Assembly: GCA_028277205.1 (NCBI GenBank)
Contig: JANQGT010000004.1
Span: 40,348 to 104,347, forward strand
DNA from: Candidatus Altimarinota bacterium
GTDB lineage: Bacteria; Patescibacteriota; Gracilibacteria; BD1-5; UBA2023
Reading direction: 5' to 3'
Length of the DNA: 64,000 nt
Part shown: one piece after another, positions 1 to 10,182 of the stretch
Layout: every line of letters starts with the position of its first letter
How positions within the stretch are numbered: position 1 is the first letter of the stretch
Translations under genes and position numbers: made by a program
Notes under the pieces: generated by a model
The model's input: the letters and a program-made list of their open reading frames with translations, nothing else
What the model was told of the DNA's origin: nothing
Database searches by the model: none

Positions 1-744
1 CGGCAGCATGGGGATCACCTGCAGCCCCAGATAGACCGAGGTCGCGCGCTCCAGTGCAGAGGCATCAAGCAGTGTTTTTTCGCGGACGTAGTGAGAGACG
101 TCGGCGATATGCACGCCGAGCTCGTAGTCACCGTTCTCGAGACGTTTGACATGGATGGCGTCGTCGAGATCTTTCGCATCCGCACCGTCGATCGTATACA
201 CCCACTCACCCCGAAAATCCGTACGATCGGACACGTCGTCCGGTCGTGACAGTGCCTCTGCCTCACGCAGGACCGCATCCGAAAAGGCACGGGGAATTTT
301 GGCGCGAGAGAGGATCATCTCCTCCTCCAGACCCGGATCGCCCTCGCGCCCGAGGATACGGATGATACGCGCCGTATTGTGCCGGATATCGCGTGAGACC
401 TCGATGACGACGATGTCTCAGACTCGCACTCACTGCAGCAGCTCACTCGACAGGCGAATATCATTTCGCTCGCCCAGATCCACGAGTCGCGCGATATATC
501 TCCCCTGTCGATCCGTGTGGATTTTTGCCACGAGATGCTCTCATCCGCGCTCGACTATGCGACGAATGCGTCCCTCCTGTTTGCGATTTCCGCGGGCGTT
601 TTTCAGGATCTCGACCTCGACGCGATCTCCCGGGAGCGCTCGACGGACGAGGTGCGCGGGAATGTGTATCATCGTGCGATCATCACACTCCACCGTCGCG
701 TACCGCTCGATCTTTTGGCGAAATATTCAGAATACTGTCGACAT
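1..744 (-). CDS. rnr: Ribonuclease R / RNase II family exoribonuclease, N-terminal 248 codons (gene runs off the left edge)
   Basis: The minus frame from ATG 744..742 reads ...TIDGADAKDLDDAIHV...GVHIADVSHYV...ALERATSVYL..QVIPMLP (RNB-domain motifs). It needs 4 in-frame TGA read as sense and is absent from the standard-code track. Confidence 0.85.
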
Positions 745-813
745 ATCGTACAAAATGGCAAAGAGCGCCATTGTATGATAAACTGTCTGCAAAACAAATC
801 CCGAATATCCGCA

Positions 814-2349
814 ATGACCCCGGAAACCGCCCTCGTTCCCGTAAAAACCTATGTCTCCTTTGAGACAGAAGGAGACGACATCCGTCGTCAAAATCTCTAT
901 ATCCTCTCGGGCATTCTCGGGTTTATCTGGATTTTTTTTCATTTTCTTGCGGTCTTTTTTTTCGGACTGGTACTGGAGTCGGCGCTCCTGGTAGGGATAT
1001 TTCTCTGACTCGGAAATCTGGTGGCGCTCCTAGTCGACATTCCCGTCGGCGTCATCCAGCGCTATGCGAGTGCGCGATTTTTGTTTGTGATCGGGGCGTG
1101 CTGTATATTTATCGCGTCACTCGTATTTTTGAAATTCATCTACTTTCTGCCGCCGTCGGATGCCTCCACCGGAGAGCTTGCGACGAGCGTGATAGCGTTT
1201 TTCACCACCGATCTTTTCAATATCCTGCTGCTACTGCTGGCAGCTGTCTGCTACGGACTGGCAAAAGAAATCAACGACGTGACGATCCTGACGTATATCC
1301 TCAATAATTCGGATCCCTCGGAATACGCGAAAATCATCTCCCGAAACAGTATCGCCACGGGTATCGGCTCGTTTGCCGGATTGGTCGTTTCGGGCTTTAT
1401 CATCCCATTTGATCAGCTTGGCGCCGTGCTGGGACTCATCACCGCGATATGCGCCATGTTTGTTTTTTTGGTCAGGTTTTTTGATAATCCGCATGCGACG
1501 CTGCATGTCTCCGATCTCTCTCAGCTCAAACTCATAATCCAAAAACAAACCGTGGAAAAAATACGAGACTTTGCGGTATCGCAGGTGAAAAAAGTCGAGA
1601 TCGCAGAGCTCGCAAAGGCAGGCAATATTCTCTTTTTGCGACCGCTACGGGCAAAGACATTCACAGGATTTTCAGAGATCATCCAGGAAACGAAAAGTGC
1701 CATGACCGTGACACTGCGAGTCCTCTTCGAGCAAAGGCGCAATTTCACGCTCCTCTGGATTTTCGCCGTCATTCTCTGCTTTGGATTTTGGGATACGTTT
1801 GTCGCGACATTTCAGATCGAATTTCTCAATAAACTCCTAGAGCTCAATCACGACAATGTCCTCGTCAGAAGTCAGCTCTTGAGCGGGTATCTGCTACTGG
1901 GACTCCTGATCATACCGGTATTCGCACTGCAGAGTTTTTTCATAAAGCTCTCGAAAACATTTGGCGTGTTTTTGATAGTCGTGTCGGGAATGCTGCTTTC
2001 CGCAGTATCCATCCTGCTTTTCGGGCTTTCGACGGGACTCGAGTTCGTGGTGCTGTTTTGACTGCTCAATAGCTTTGGATACGCCGCGGCGATGCCGCTT
2101 GCGCAGGCGACATTTCTGGATACGTACAATACGCACTACAGCGAAAAATTTGCCCTGAAAGAAATCGACTCGAATGCCTCGGCGGCTCCCCTGAAAATGC
2201 TTTTGAATTTCGCGAATATCGTCGGACTCGTACTGGGATGAGCGCTCGTGACGATCATCGGATTCAATACGTTTTTTACCATCTTCGGACTCATACTTTT
2301 CGCGCTCTTCGTCGCGAGTGTCGTCCGTCGATCCGACATTCGTCTATAG
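814..2349 (+). CDS. MFS-type membrane transporter
   Basis: Same-frame pieces (tail of ORF 517..1008, ORF 1021..2061, then on to TAG 2347..2349) join across three TGA. The product has about 12 hydrophobic helices with a long central loop and an MFS motif-A-like LVDIPVGVIQRYASARF. The start (ATG 814) is uncertain. Confidence 0.6.
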
Positions 2350-2353
2350 GGCA

Positions 2354-3307
2354 TTATCACCTCGTGATGCGAATTCCCGCGGTACTCCAGATCTCGGATT
2401 CGACAGCGTGCAGGTCTTCTTCGGCGTGCTCTCCCTTGAGGAGGATGCTTCCCAAAAATTCCCCCGCTCGTCGCCGTATATCGTCCGGATCGTGATGGAG
2501 GATCGTGCTTGTGTGTTTGCGAGTCATGAGGATGGAGGACAGACGGTGCATCGTCTTGCGGACTTTCGTCTCGCTTTTCGCTGTCGTGAAAATCTGAATA
2601 TACCCGCCATACGGCGGATATCCGAATGCTCTGCGTACCGCGAGCGTACGACGAAAAAAATCGCGATAGCTCCCCTGCAGCAAATCCAAAATCACGGGAT
2701 GCCGCGGAAAACGAGTCTGGATGATCACACGAGCGATCCGCTCTGAGAGCAGCCGGACATCCAGGTAGACACGCTCCTCGGTATCGTACTCGGCAAATGA
2801 CAGCTCGCTCTCGAATACCGGAAACACCACGAGGTCGATATTACCGATGGGCGCATTTCGCAGGCGTCGCGTCCCGACGAATACCGTCGAGTGAAGTGGA
2901 TAGATACCTCATATCTCCTCGACATCGCGATCCAGGCGGATGATATTCGCATGGGGAAATTCGCGTGCGAGGCGTGTCTCTATCGCCTGCGTCCCGATCC
3001 CCACCCGCTCAAATCAGACACCGCCGCACGCACGACACGAAGGGGTGTCGACCTGCGTATACCCGCAGTGATGACAGAGCAGGCGCCAGATCGGCTTTTC
3101 GTGCAGGGTGAGGGTGGCATCGCAGCGCGGACACCGGAGCGTAGTACCGCAGTCCGAGCACACGAGTGCGGACGCACTCCCCCGACGATTGTGATACACG
3201 AGCACATTACCACCGGCAGCAATGGTACTACCTATGGCGTCCAGTGTCTGCGGACTGAATGGCAAGAGGTGCGCGGGCAGTAGTGAGAGATCGACGACAT
3301 GGATCAT
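2354..3307 (-). CDS. priA: Primosomal protein N' (PriA), C-terminal half only (Zn-finger, helicase C-lobe, C-terminal domain); N-terminal Walker-A lobe absent
   Basis: ORFs 3014..3307 and 2357..2830 are in one frame and join across TGA. The sequence NRRGSASALVCSDCGTTLRCPRCDATLTLHEKPIWRLLCHHCGY is the PriA Cys-rich insert. The upstream frame closes at the pilin stop, so no N-terminal extension is possible. The stop is TAA 2354..2356. Confidence 0.7.
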
Positions 3308-3339
3308 ACTGACAGTATACTCTCACTCTCCCGATGGAC

Positions 3340-3362
3340 AAAAAAATCCCGGAAGACCGGGA
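3340..3362 (-). terminator. Rho-independent terminator after the pilin gene
   Basis: On the minus strand: TCCCGG-TCTT-CCGGGA followed by T7, about 25 nt after the pilin stop. Confidence 0.65.
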
Positions 3363-3385
3363 TCGTGCTGAAAAGGGAGTAGGCA

Positions 3386-4048
3386 TTAGTTGCCGCAAGG
3401 CATGATGGGCATGTATGTAACAGATCACGATTGCGCATTCGTCACTCCGGTGGATGTCGCACAGCCAGTCGCTAAGGCGGTTCCGGCTACTGTCACCTGC
3501 GTATCGATTCCTGCTGTGGTACGGACGCCGAGCTCGAGACGACTGTCGTCTTTCGTACCTCCTGCTGATGTCGGCGTCGCCGTTCAGCCGTTATCATCAT
3601 CGAATGCCTTGGAGTCGACATTTCCCACATTTTCAAATGCGGTGGAAACCTCAAATGCTCCCTGTGTGATATTATTGTCATCCGGTGTGACATTGTAGAC
3701 ATAGCCACAGGGGACATCTGCCGGATCACTCTGAAGGGAGTGTTGTACGCACGACTCTCAGAGCTTTGGATCGCGGGGAATCCTGGAGGCGTATCGGATG
3801 ATCCCTCCCGTCCCGGTGATACCGTTTTGCGTATTGTCCCCCGGAGGATATACCGCAAAGTCCTGATAGTACTGCTCTATGGCGCTTTGCATTGCCTTGA
3901 TATCGCTGATACGCGTAGTATCGCGAGACTTTTGGATCTGCGAGGTAAATGTGGCAGTGGCTCCCGTCGCGAGAATACCGATGATGGTGATGACCACCAA
4001 AAGCTCAATGAGGGTGAAACCGGAAGATTTTGAAGAGAAGCGAAACAT
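3386..4048 (-). CDS. Type IV pilin / pseudopilin-like protein with prepilin N-terminal methylation motif
   Basis: The N-terminus is MFRFSSKSSGFTLIELLVVITIIGILA (G|FTLIE class III signal). ORF 3758..4048 continues across three TGA to TAA 3386..3388, giving 220 aa. Confidence 0.85.
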
Positions 4049-4224
4049 GGAAAGGCGGGATTAGAAACGAGAGAATCGTGATGAAATAATAGTGAGCGAG
4101 GACCCGGCGAGCTGGAGTACAGTATAAAACCGTTTCGAGAAAATGGAAATTATTTTTCTCTGTACGTTTGTCCGAAAAGTGGTATTTGCATACATTTCCT
4201 CTCGGACACTTCCATGATATGGTA

Positions 4225-6219
4225 TTATTTATCGTATGTCAAACTGTTTTTCTCACTCTCGCGAATGTCCTCGCGCACTGTCTCTACCAGCTCCAGATCA
4301 CGAAAATCGGCGACCCGCAGCTCCGGCAGTCCGCTCTGCCGCACACCGTACACCTCGCCCGGACCCCGCAGTGCGAGATCAGTCTCCGCAAGCTCGAAGC
4401 CGTCCTGTGTCGACTCTATGGCAGCGAGGCGCTCGTTTTTTTGCTCGGTCGTGGAAAACAGGTAGCAGTACGACTGATGCGATCCGCGCCCGACCCGCCC
4501 GCGAAACTGATGCAGCTGCGACAGTCCAAATCGCTCTGCACCCTCGATGCACATGACGGTGGCATTCGGATTATCGACGCCGACCTCTACGACGGAGGTA
4601 CTGGAGAGGATGTCGATATCTCCCCGGTTGAATGCGTCGATGATATCCCGCTTTTCCTGGCTGGACAGGCGCCCGTGCAGGAGTCCGATACGCCGATTTG
4701 AAAATATCTCGGAAAGTCGCTCGAATGTCTGTGTGGCACTCGCGACCTCCAGTTTTTCGCTGTCCTCGACGAGCGGGGAGATCCAGTAGACCTGCCGTCC
4801 GCTCTCGATCTCGCGGTCGATCCAGCGGTGTGCGCGCTCGCGCTCGGACGCGGGGATCACCGCCGTGTGGATGAGCTTTCGACCGGCAGGATACTCATCC
4901 AGGATCGAGAGATCCTGATCGCCGTAGAGCGTGATGGTGAGCGTACGGGGAATGGGTGTGGCGGTCATGGAGAGCACGTGCGGATAGACATGCGAATCCG
5001 AGAGTGACTCATCCGCAAAGCTGTCCTCGAGGCGTTTTCGCTGATCCACGCCAAATCGGTGCTGCTCGTCGATGATGGCGTAGACGAGCCTGTGAAATCT
5101 GACATCCTCCTGGATGAGCGCGTGCGTACCAAATATGATATCGGTCTCATGATTTGAGAGGCGCATTTTGGCGTCTTGTTTTTCGCGGGCGGTCATTCAT
5201 CCCACCAGCAGATCACTGCGGACACCGAGGGGAAATCCCAGTGCCTCGAATCCCTCGAAATGCTGACGAGCTAAAATCTCCGTCGGCGCCATCACCGCGA
5301 CCTGTCCGCCCGACTCCAGGATCGCATGCAGTCCCGTCGCAAATGCGACTGCCGTCTTTCCGGTGCCGACATCTCCCTGCAGGAGGCGATACATCGCCCG
5401 ATCGCCCGCCATGTCCTGCAGGATCTGGTAGCAGACTTTTTTTTGCGTCGTGGTAAATGTATAGGAAAAATGCCCAAGAATCGCTTTCATACGCTCGGCG
5501 CTCAGCGGGATAGAGACAGTGCGTCCGCGAGTCACGTCCGTATGCAGTTCGCGCTTTTTCGCATGCTCCGACTGGACGGTGTAGAGCTCCTCGTATGCGA
5601 GCATCCCGCGCGCCCTATCCGCATCCTCCCGCGATGCGGGAAAATGGATCGTCTCGACCGCCTCCGCCTTTGTCGGAAAATCGTGTTTGCGGCGAATATA
5701 TTCGGACAGTATATCGGACAGTCCGGAAATATGCGATCGCACCAGCGGCATTTTTTCGGCGATCCAGTATCCGGGCACGGTATTGACGTCGCTGTATATC
5801 CCCTCCAGTCCGGACGAGTGATCGATATGCGATATATCCGGCGAGACAAACGAGAGCTTTGAGTACTGATACCTCGCCTTGCCATGGAGGACGACCATAC
5901 TCCCCGGCTGAAATTTTCTGGTCATGCCCCGCTGCCCAAACCACACCGCCTCGGCATATATCCCGTCCGCATCGCGGATGACAGCTTTCTGCAGGAGCTT
6001 GCCCGTGCGCGTGCGCTCCTCTGTCAGCGTCTCGATCATCACTCGCATCGTATTGGCTTCTTTGAGATTTATAGCGAAAAAATGCTCGACGACATTGGTC
6101 TTGTCTTTGTAGTCACGCGGATACAGCGCCAAGAAATCCTCGACGGTTTGGACTCCCGCATCGCCGAGTTTTTTGATATGGCGGGATGTGGTTTTGAGGA
6201 GTGTAGGAGTGAGATGCAT
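4225..6219 (-). CDS. recG: ATP-dependent DNA helicase RecG
   Basis: ORFs 5197..6219 and 4225..5196 abut in frame at TGA 5197..5199. Motifs seen: GDVGTGKT, DEQHRFG, MTATPIPRT, HQFRGRVGRG. Confidence 0.95.
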
Positions 6220-6524
6220 ACGATACTTCGCGATTTTACGGGCGCCATTGTACGCAGGGATATGAAAAAAGTACAGCGAACGGAAGTTCTTTCCCGTCTC
6301 TTTAGCGAATGCGTATGAGTCCGAAACAGTTTTGACATGCTATCATGGGCTATGGTGATGAAACGATTGTTTGCAGCGTCCTCCTCGCGCCTGCGTCCAA
6401 ACATTCGAGTCGTGTCCGGGTACGATCGATATCGAAATGTATTGTCTTTTTGTCGATTCCTATTAGGATACGTGACTATACTGCATTGTTTTCAGTTTAG
6501 TGTCTCTGTAATCACTATCCAGCC

Positions 6525-7784
6525 ATGATCGACCTCAAACTCCTGCGCGCCGATCCCGAGTCCATGCGCGACACGCTGGTACGTCGGTACGTCGATTTCG
6601 ATCTCGACGCGTTTCTCGCACTCGACGAGCGCCATCGCATGATGAAAAGTCAAATCGACGAAAAAAAACACGAGCAGTCGCAGGCATCCGATCGCGACAG
6701 TGCCCGCGCGCTGAAAGAGGAAATCCGAACGCTCGAAGAAGCATACAAAACCCTCTCTGATGAGCACACACGCCTCTGGAAAGAGCTGCCGAATTTCCTG
6801 GATCCAGACACACCGATGGGTCCGGACGAGGAGTCAAACGAAGTCATACGCACAGTCGGCGAGCCGCGTGTGTTTGATTTTGCTATAAAAGATCATGAGG
6901 AGATCGGCGTCGCGCGCGGCTGGATCGACAAAGAGGCGGCGGCAAAGGTATCGGGATCGCGATTTGCGTATCTGTACGGCGAGCTCGTGATGTTGCAGCG
7001 CGCACTGTCAAATTATGTTTTTGACATCCTGACATCGCGCGAAGCGCTGCGCGCCATCATCGATCATGCGGGCATCGACGCGTCCGATGCGCCGTTTATC
7101 CCCGTCAATCCGCCCATCATCGTCAATCAGGAAACCCTGGACAAGATGGGGCGCCTGCATCCGACGGAGCAGCGCTATATGCTGCACGATCAGGGACAGG
7201 TGCTCATCGGGAGCGCGGAGCACTCGCTCGGACCCATCCCGATGGATCGGATATTCGAGGAGTCGGAGCTACCCCTGCGGTACGTCGCGGAGACGCCGGC
7301 ATTTCGGGGAGAGGCGGGCACCTACGGCAAAGACATGCGCGGAATCCTGCGCATGCACCAGTTTGACAAAATCGAGATGGAGATTTTCTCTGCACCAGAG
7401 GACGCAGAGCAGGAGCACGCGCTCTGCATCGCGATACAGGAGCACGTCACCGCATCACTCGGCATCCCGTACCGTCTGGTACGAAACGCCTCCGGGGACG
7501 CGGGATCCATGGACTACCGCCAGTACGATATAGAGGTATGGCTCCCATGACAGCAAAAATACCGCGAGACCCACACCGCCGACTACATGACAGACTATCA
7601 GGCGCGTCGGCTGGGTATTCGCGTACGTCGGCAGACCGGAGAAAAACAGTATGTGCACATGGTCGATGCCACCGCCGTATCGCAGCGTCCGCTCATCGCC
7701 ATCCTCGAAAACTACCAAAACGAAGACATGACCGTGAGTGTGCCAGAGGTGCTCGTACCGTATCTTGGAAAAGAGGTGATGTAG
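6525..7784 (+). CDS. serS: Seryl-tRNA synthetase
   Basis: ORFs 6525..7550 and 7587..7784 share a frame across one TGA. The product has an N-terminal coiled-coil arm and a class II core (FRGEAGTYGKDMRGILRMHQF). The stop is TAG. Confidence 0.9.
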
Positions 7785-7981
7785 GAAGCGCGCCTCACCC
7801 CAAAGATCAGCCATCACCCCGAGTTCGTACGATTTTTCATTCATTTCTGTACGTCATGGAGTTTTTTGGGTCATGGGAGAGAAGTGTATAAACTTCAAAT
7901 TTCCGCTGCATTCAAAGCAAGATTTCGTCGAGATACGGCGCTGTAGCTCTCTCGAGAAATGAATTTTTCTAGATGAATAAT

Positions 7982-8095
7982 CCCCAGCCGATAGACAGGG
8001 GGCTTTTATCGCCCTGCGGGCGAATTTCAAGCTGCGTTCGTCCTCACTGTCGTTCGGATGCTCTCCATCCACCGGTTAGTAAACCGGTGGTTTTT
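7982..8095 (+). repeat. Structured intergenic element, copy A (family of 3; candidate ncRNA or composite terminator)
   Basis: The core GGGGGCTTTTATCGCCCTGCGGGCGAATTTCAAGCTGCGTTCGTCCTCACTGTCGTTCGGATGCTCTCCATCCACCGGTTAGTAAACCGGTGGTTTTT is nearly identical to 56336..56435 (+) and 31862..31960 (-). It lies about 200 nt 3' of serS. Confidence 0.7.
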
Positions 8096-8210
8096 CGAAA
8101 GGAATGCATAAAGAGGGCGTTTTGCATTTTATGTCAATAGCCTCTAACACATGCCGCCGTCGCAATAACGACTGCGACTATAAAAGACACTAAAAAATTT
8201 CAGCCACTCC

Positions 8211-8609
8211 CTACCGCACCCGAAACAGATAATAGAGCCACTTTTCCTCATGACTCATCCCCGTCGTCGGGGATATTTCGGTCGGTGTCTCTACGATATG
8301 TCGCAGTGTGTCGTATTCTTCTCCCGCTCGGGACTCCTCCTCGGAGACGAGCACGATGACTTCCTCGCCGGGATTTTGTCGGTTTTGCGTTTCTTTGGCG
8401 ACACGGTCGATATAGGCGTTCGTGTGGATATATGCCAGATGTTCGCGTTTTTGCTCTATTTTCTTGCCCAGCTCATTATTTTGTGCTATGATGGATGTCA
8501 TGTACGTCTCGATCTCATAATCGCGATACGCATACAGCAGTATGAGATACGTCTCATACACGATGATCGCGAGCAGAAACGCGAGAATGTATTTGAACCG
8601 GCGATCCAT
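8211..8609 (-). CDS. Septum formation initiator (FtsB/DivIC family)
   Basis: Single N-terminal TM helix, then a coiled coil, then NAYIDRVAKETQNRQNPGEEVIVL, which is typical of the family. Confidence 0.7.
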   Translation of the reverse strand: MDRRFKYILAFLLAIIVYETYLILLYAYRDYEIETYMTSIIAQNNELGKKIEQKREHLAYIHTNAYIDRVAKETQNRQNPGEEVIVLVSEEESRAGEEYDTLRHIVETPTEISPTTGMSHEEKWLYYLFRVR

Positions 8610-8679
8610 ACAGATGCGTTATCCCACAAATACAGTATACACAAAGCGATAAAAATCCTATCTTTTTTGCCGCTTTTTT

Positions 8680-10179
8680 ATGTCCGTCCGCCCACTCGCA
8701 TTCGCCGCACTGATAGCCATTCTCCTGTTTTGAGGAGTGTGTATGTGGTATATGCATACGCGCGCAGAGGTGCTTCAGGCACTGGAAACTCAGGACGCCT
8801 ATGTCGTGCTCACGCAGGGGCGTGGTCTGCTCGTACGCGGGAGTCCCGCACCACTCTCGGTCGGCGTGCCGGAGACGCTCGAGGAGGGGGACATCGTCCG
8901 CACGCTCGGAGACTCTCTTGCGACGATCGCATGGCCCGATGGGAGCGTGAGCCGCATTGATCAAAACTCGGTCGTACGCATCGACACGCTGGAGTATCAG
9001 CCCGAGACGTCGTTTTTCGACATATTCTTTATCCTCGAAAAAGGCGCAAGCTGGACAAACGTCACAAGCTATCTGCGCGGCGAGAGCCAGTTTCGTCAGG
9101 GGATCGGCGGAAAAGACGTCGTGGCGAGTGTACGCGGAACGGTCTTTGCCGTGGACGTCGAGGACGAGTACGTCTACACGGCATCTCACGCCGTCGAGCT
9201 CGCGAATGCCGAGGGAGCGGTCAGTCTCATTCCCCAGGGAAGCGCGATGGACTTTCTGTCATTTCAGCAGGTGTACGACTCCGTCCTGGACGACCAGTGG
9301 AAAACCCTCAATGAACAGGCGGATCTGGAATACATCAATGAAAAAATCCAAGCCACAAAATCGAGACTGGAAGCCGTATACGGAAGCAATAGCGTGATAG
9401 ACGGCATCTATGATTTCATCGATCGGGTATTTGTCGCGGCAGGCATCGTAAAAGAGCGAACGATAGCCGGCGAATATGATCCCGTAGCGCTCGTGCGGGA
9501 CGTCGGCGAAATCGTCATAGACGGAGACATCGAGGCGCTCGCCGACTGGTACAATGATACGATCGGACGATTCAACATCACGGACAATGAAATATCCGAC
9601 GAGTACTATCAGGCGCTTTTGAATCTGTATGAAGAACTGCATTTTATCGATGAAACACCCGAACAACTGGCGGCAAAGGGAGCGCTGCGAGAGATGGTGG
9701 TAGAGACCGCTCCAGAAGAAGAGCAAGCCGAACTGAGTACCGACTTTGCTCAATTTTCCCTCTATGATGCACTCTCCGCAGAGGAGCTCGGAGACTCTGA
9801 AGTCGCGCAAATGCTCGCGACGGACATGACGCAATTTCTCTGATCCGAAGAAGACTACACCCTCATCCGAAAATACTACGAGGGACTTTCCGATGAGGAT
9901 CTCGAACAATTCAACACTGTCATGAACTCAGTACGACTCGGAGGCGAGGAAATACTGCAGGTACTCCAGTCGGAGAGTCTCTCCGAACAGATACTGCAAA
10001 ATCTGGGCGAAAACCGACAGCAAATCCTGGAAAGCCTCGATCGTCGCATCGGCGAGGCGCTCGACGAGCTGAGAGACAGAAATCTCAAAGACGAGATCAC
10101 AAATACGGCGGAAGACGTCATCAACGAACTCTGAGAAGAGAGTCTGCTCGACACCATAAAAAACACCATATCCAAATAA
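8680..10179 (+). CDS. Membrane-anchored FecR-domain protein
   Basis: ATG 8680 gives an N-terminal anchor, MSVRPLAFAALIAILLF. The FecR-like beta region reads ATIAWPDGSVSRIDQNSVVRID...VRGTVFAVDV. The gene joins across three TGA to TAA 10177..10179. Confidence 0.65.
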
Positions 10180-10182
10180 ATC

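Noticed and set aside
6220-6524. A T-box or other leader RNA in the 305-bp recG-serS divergent intergenic region.
   Set aside because: I could find no T-box consensus (AGGGTGGNACCGCG-like) and no specifier or antiterminator arrangement by eye. There are only weak promoter-like hexamers.
7982-8095. The three repeated ~115-nt elements as a CRISPR array or as a small protein gene (the conserved peptide PNDSEDERSLKF.RRAIKAPC on the opposite strand).
   Set aside because: The copies are about 24 kb apart, one of them inverted, with no spacer-repeat periodicity. The differences between copies preserve helices rather than codons, and the peptide frame has no consistent start or stop.
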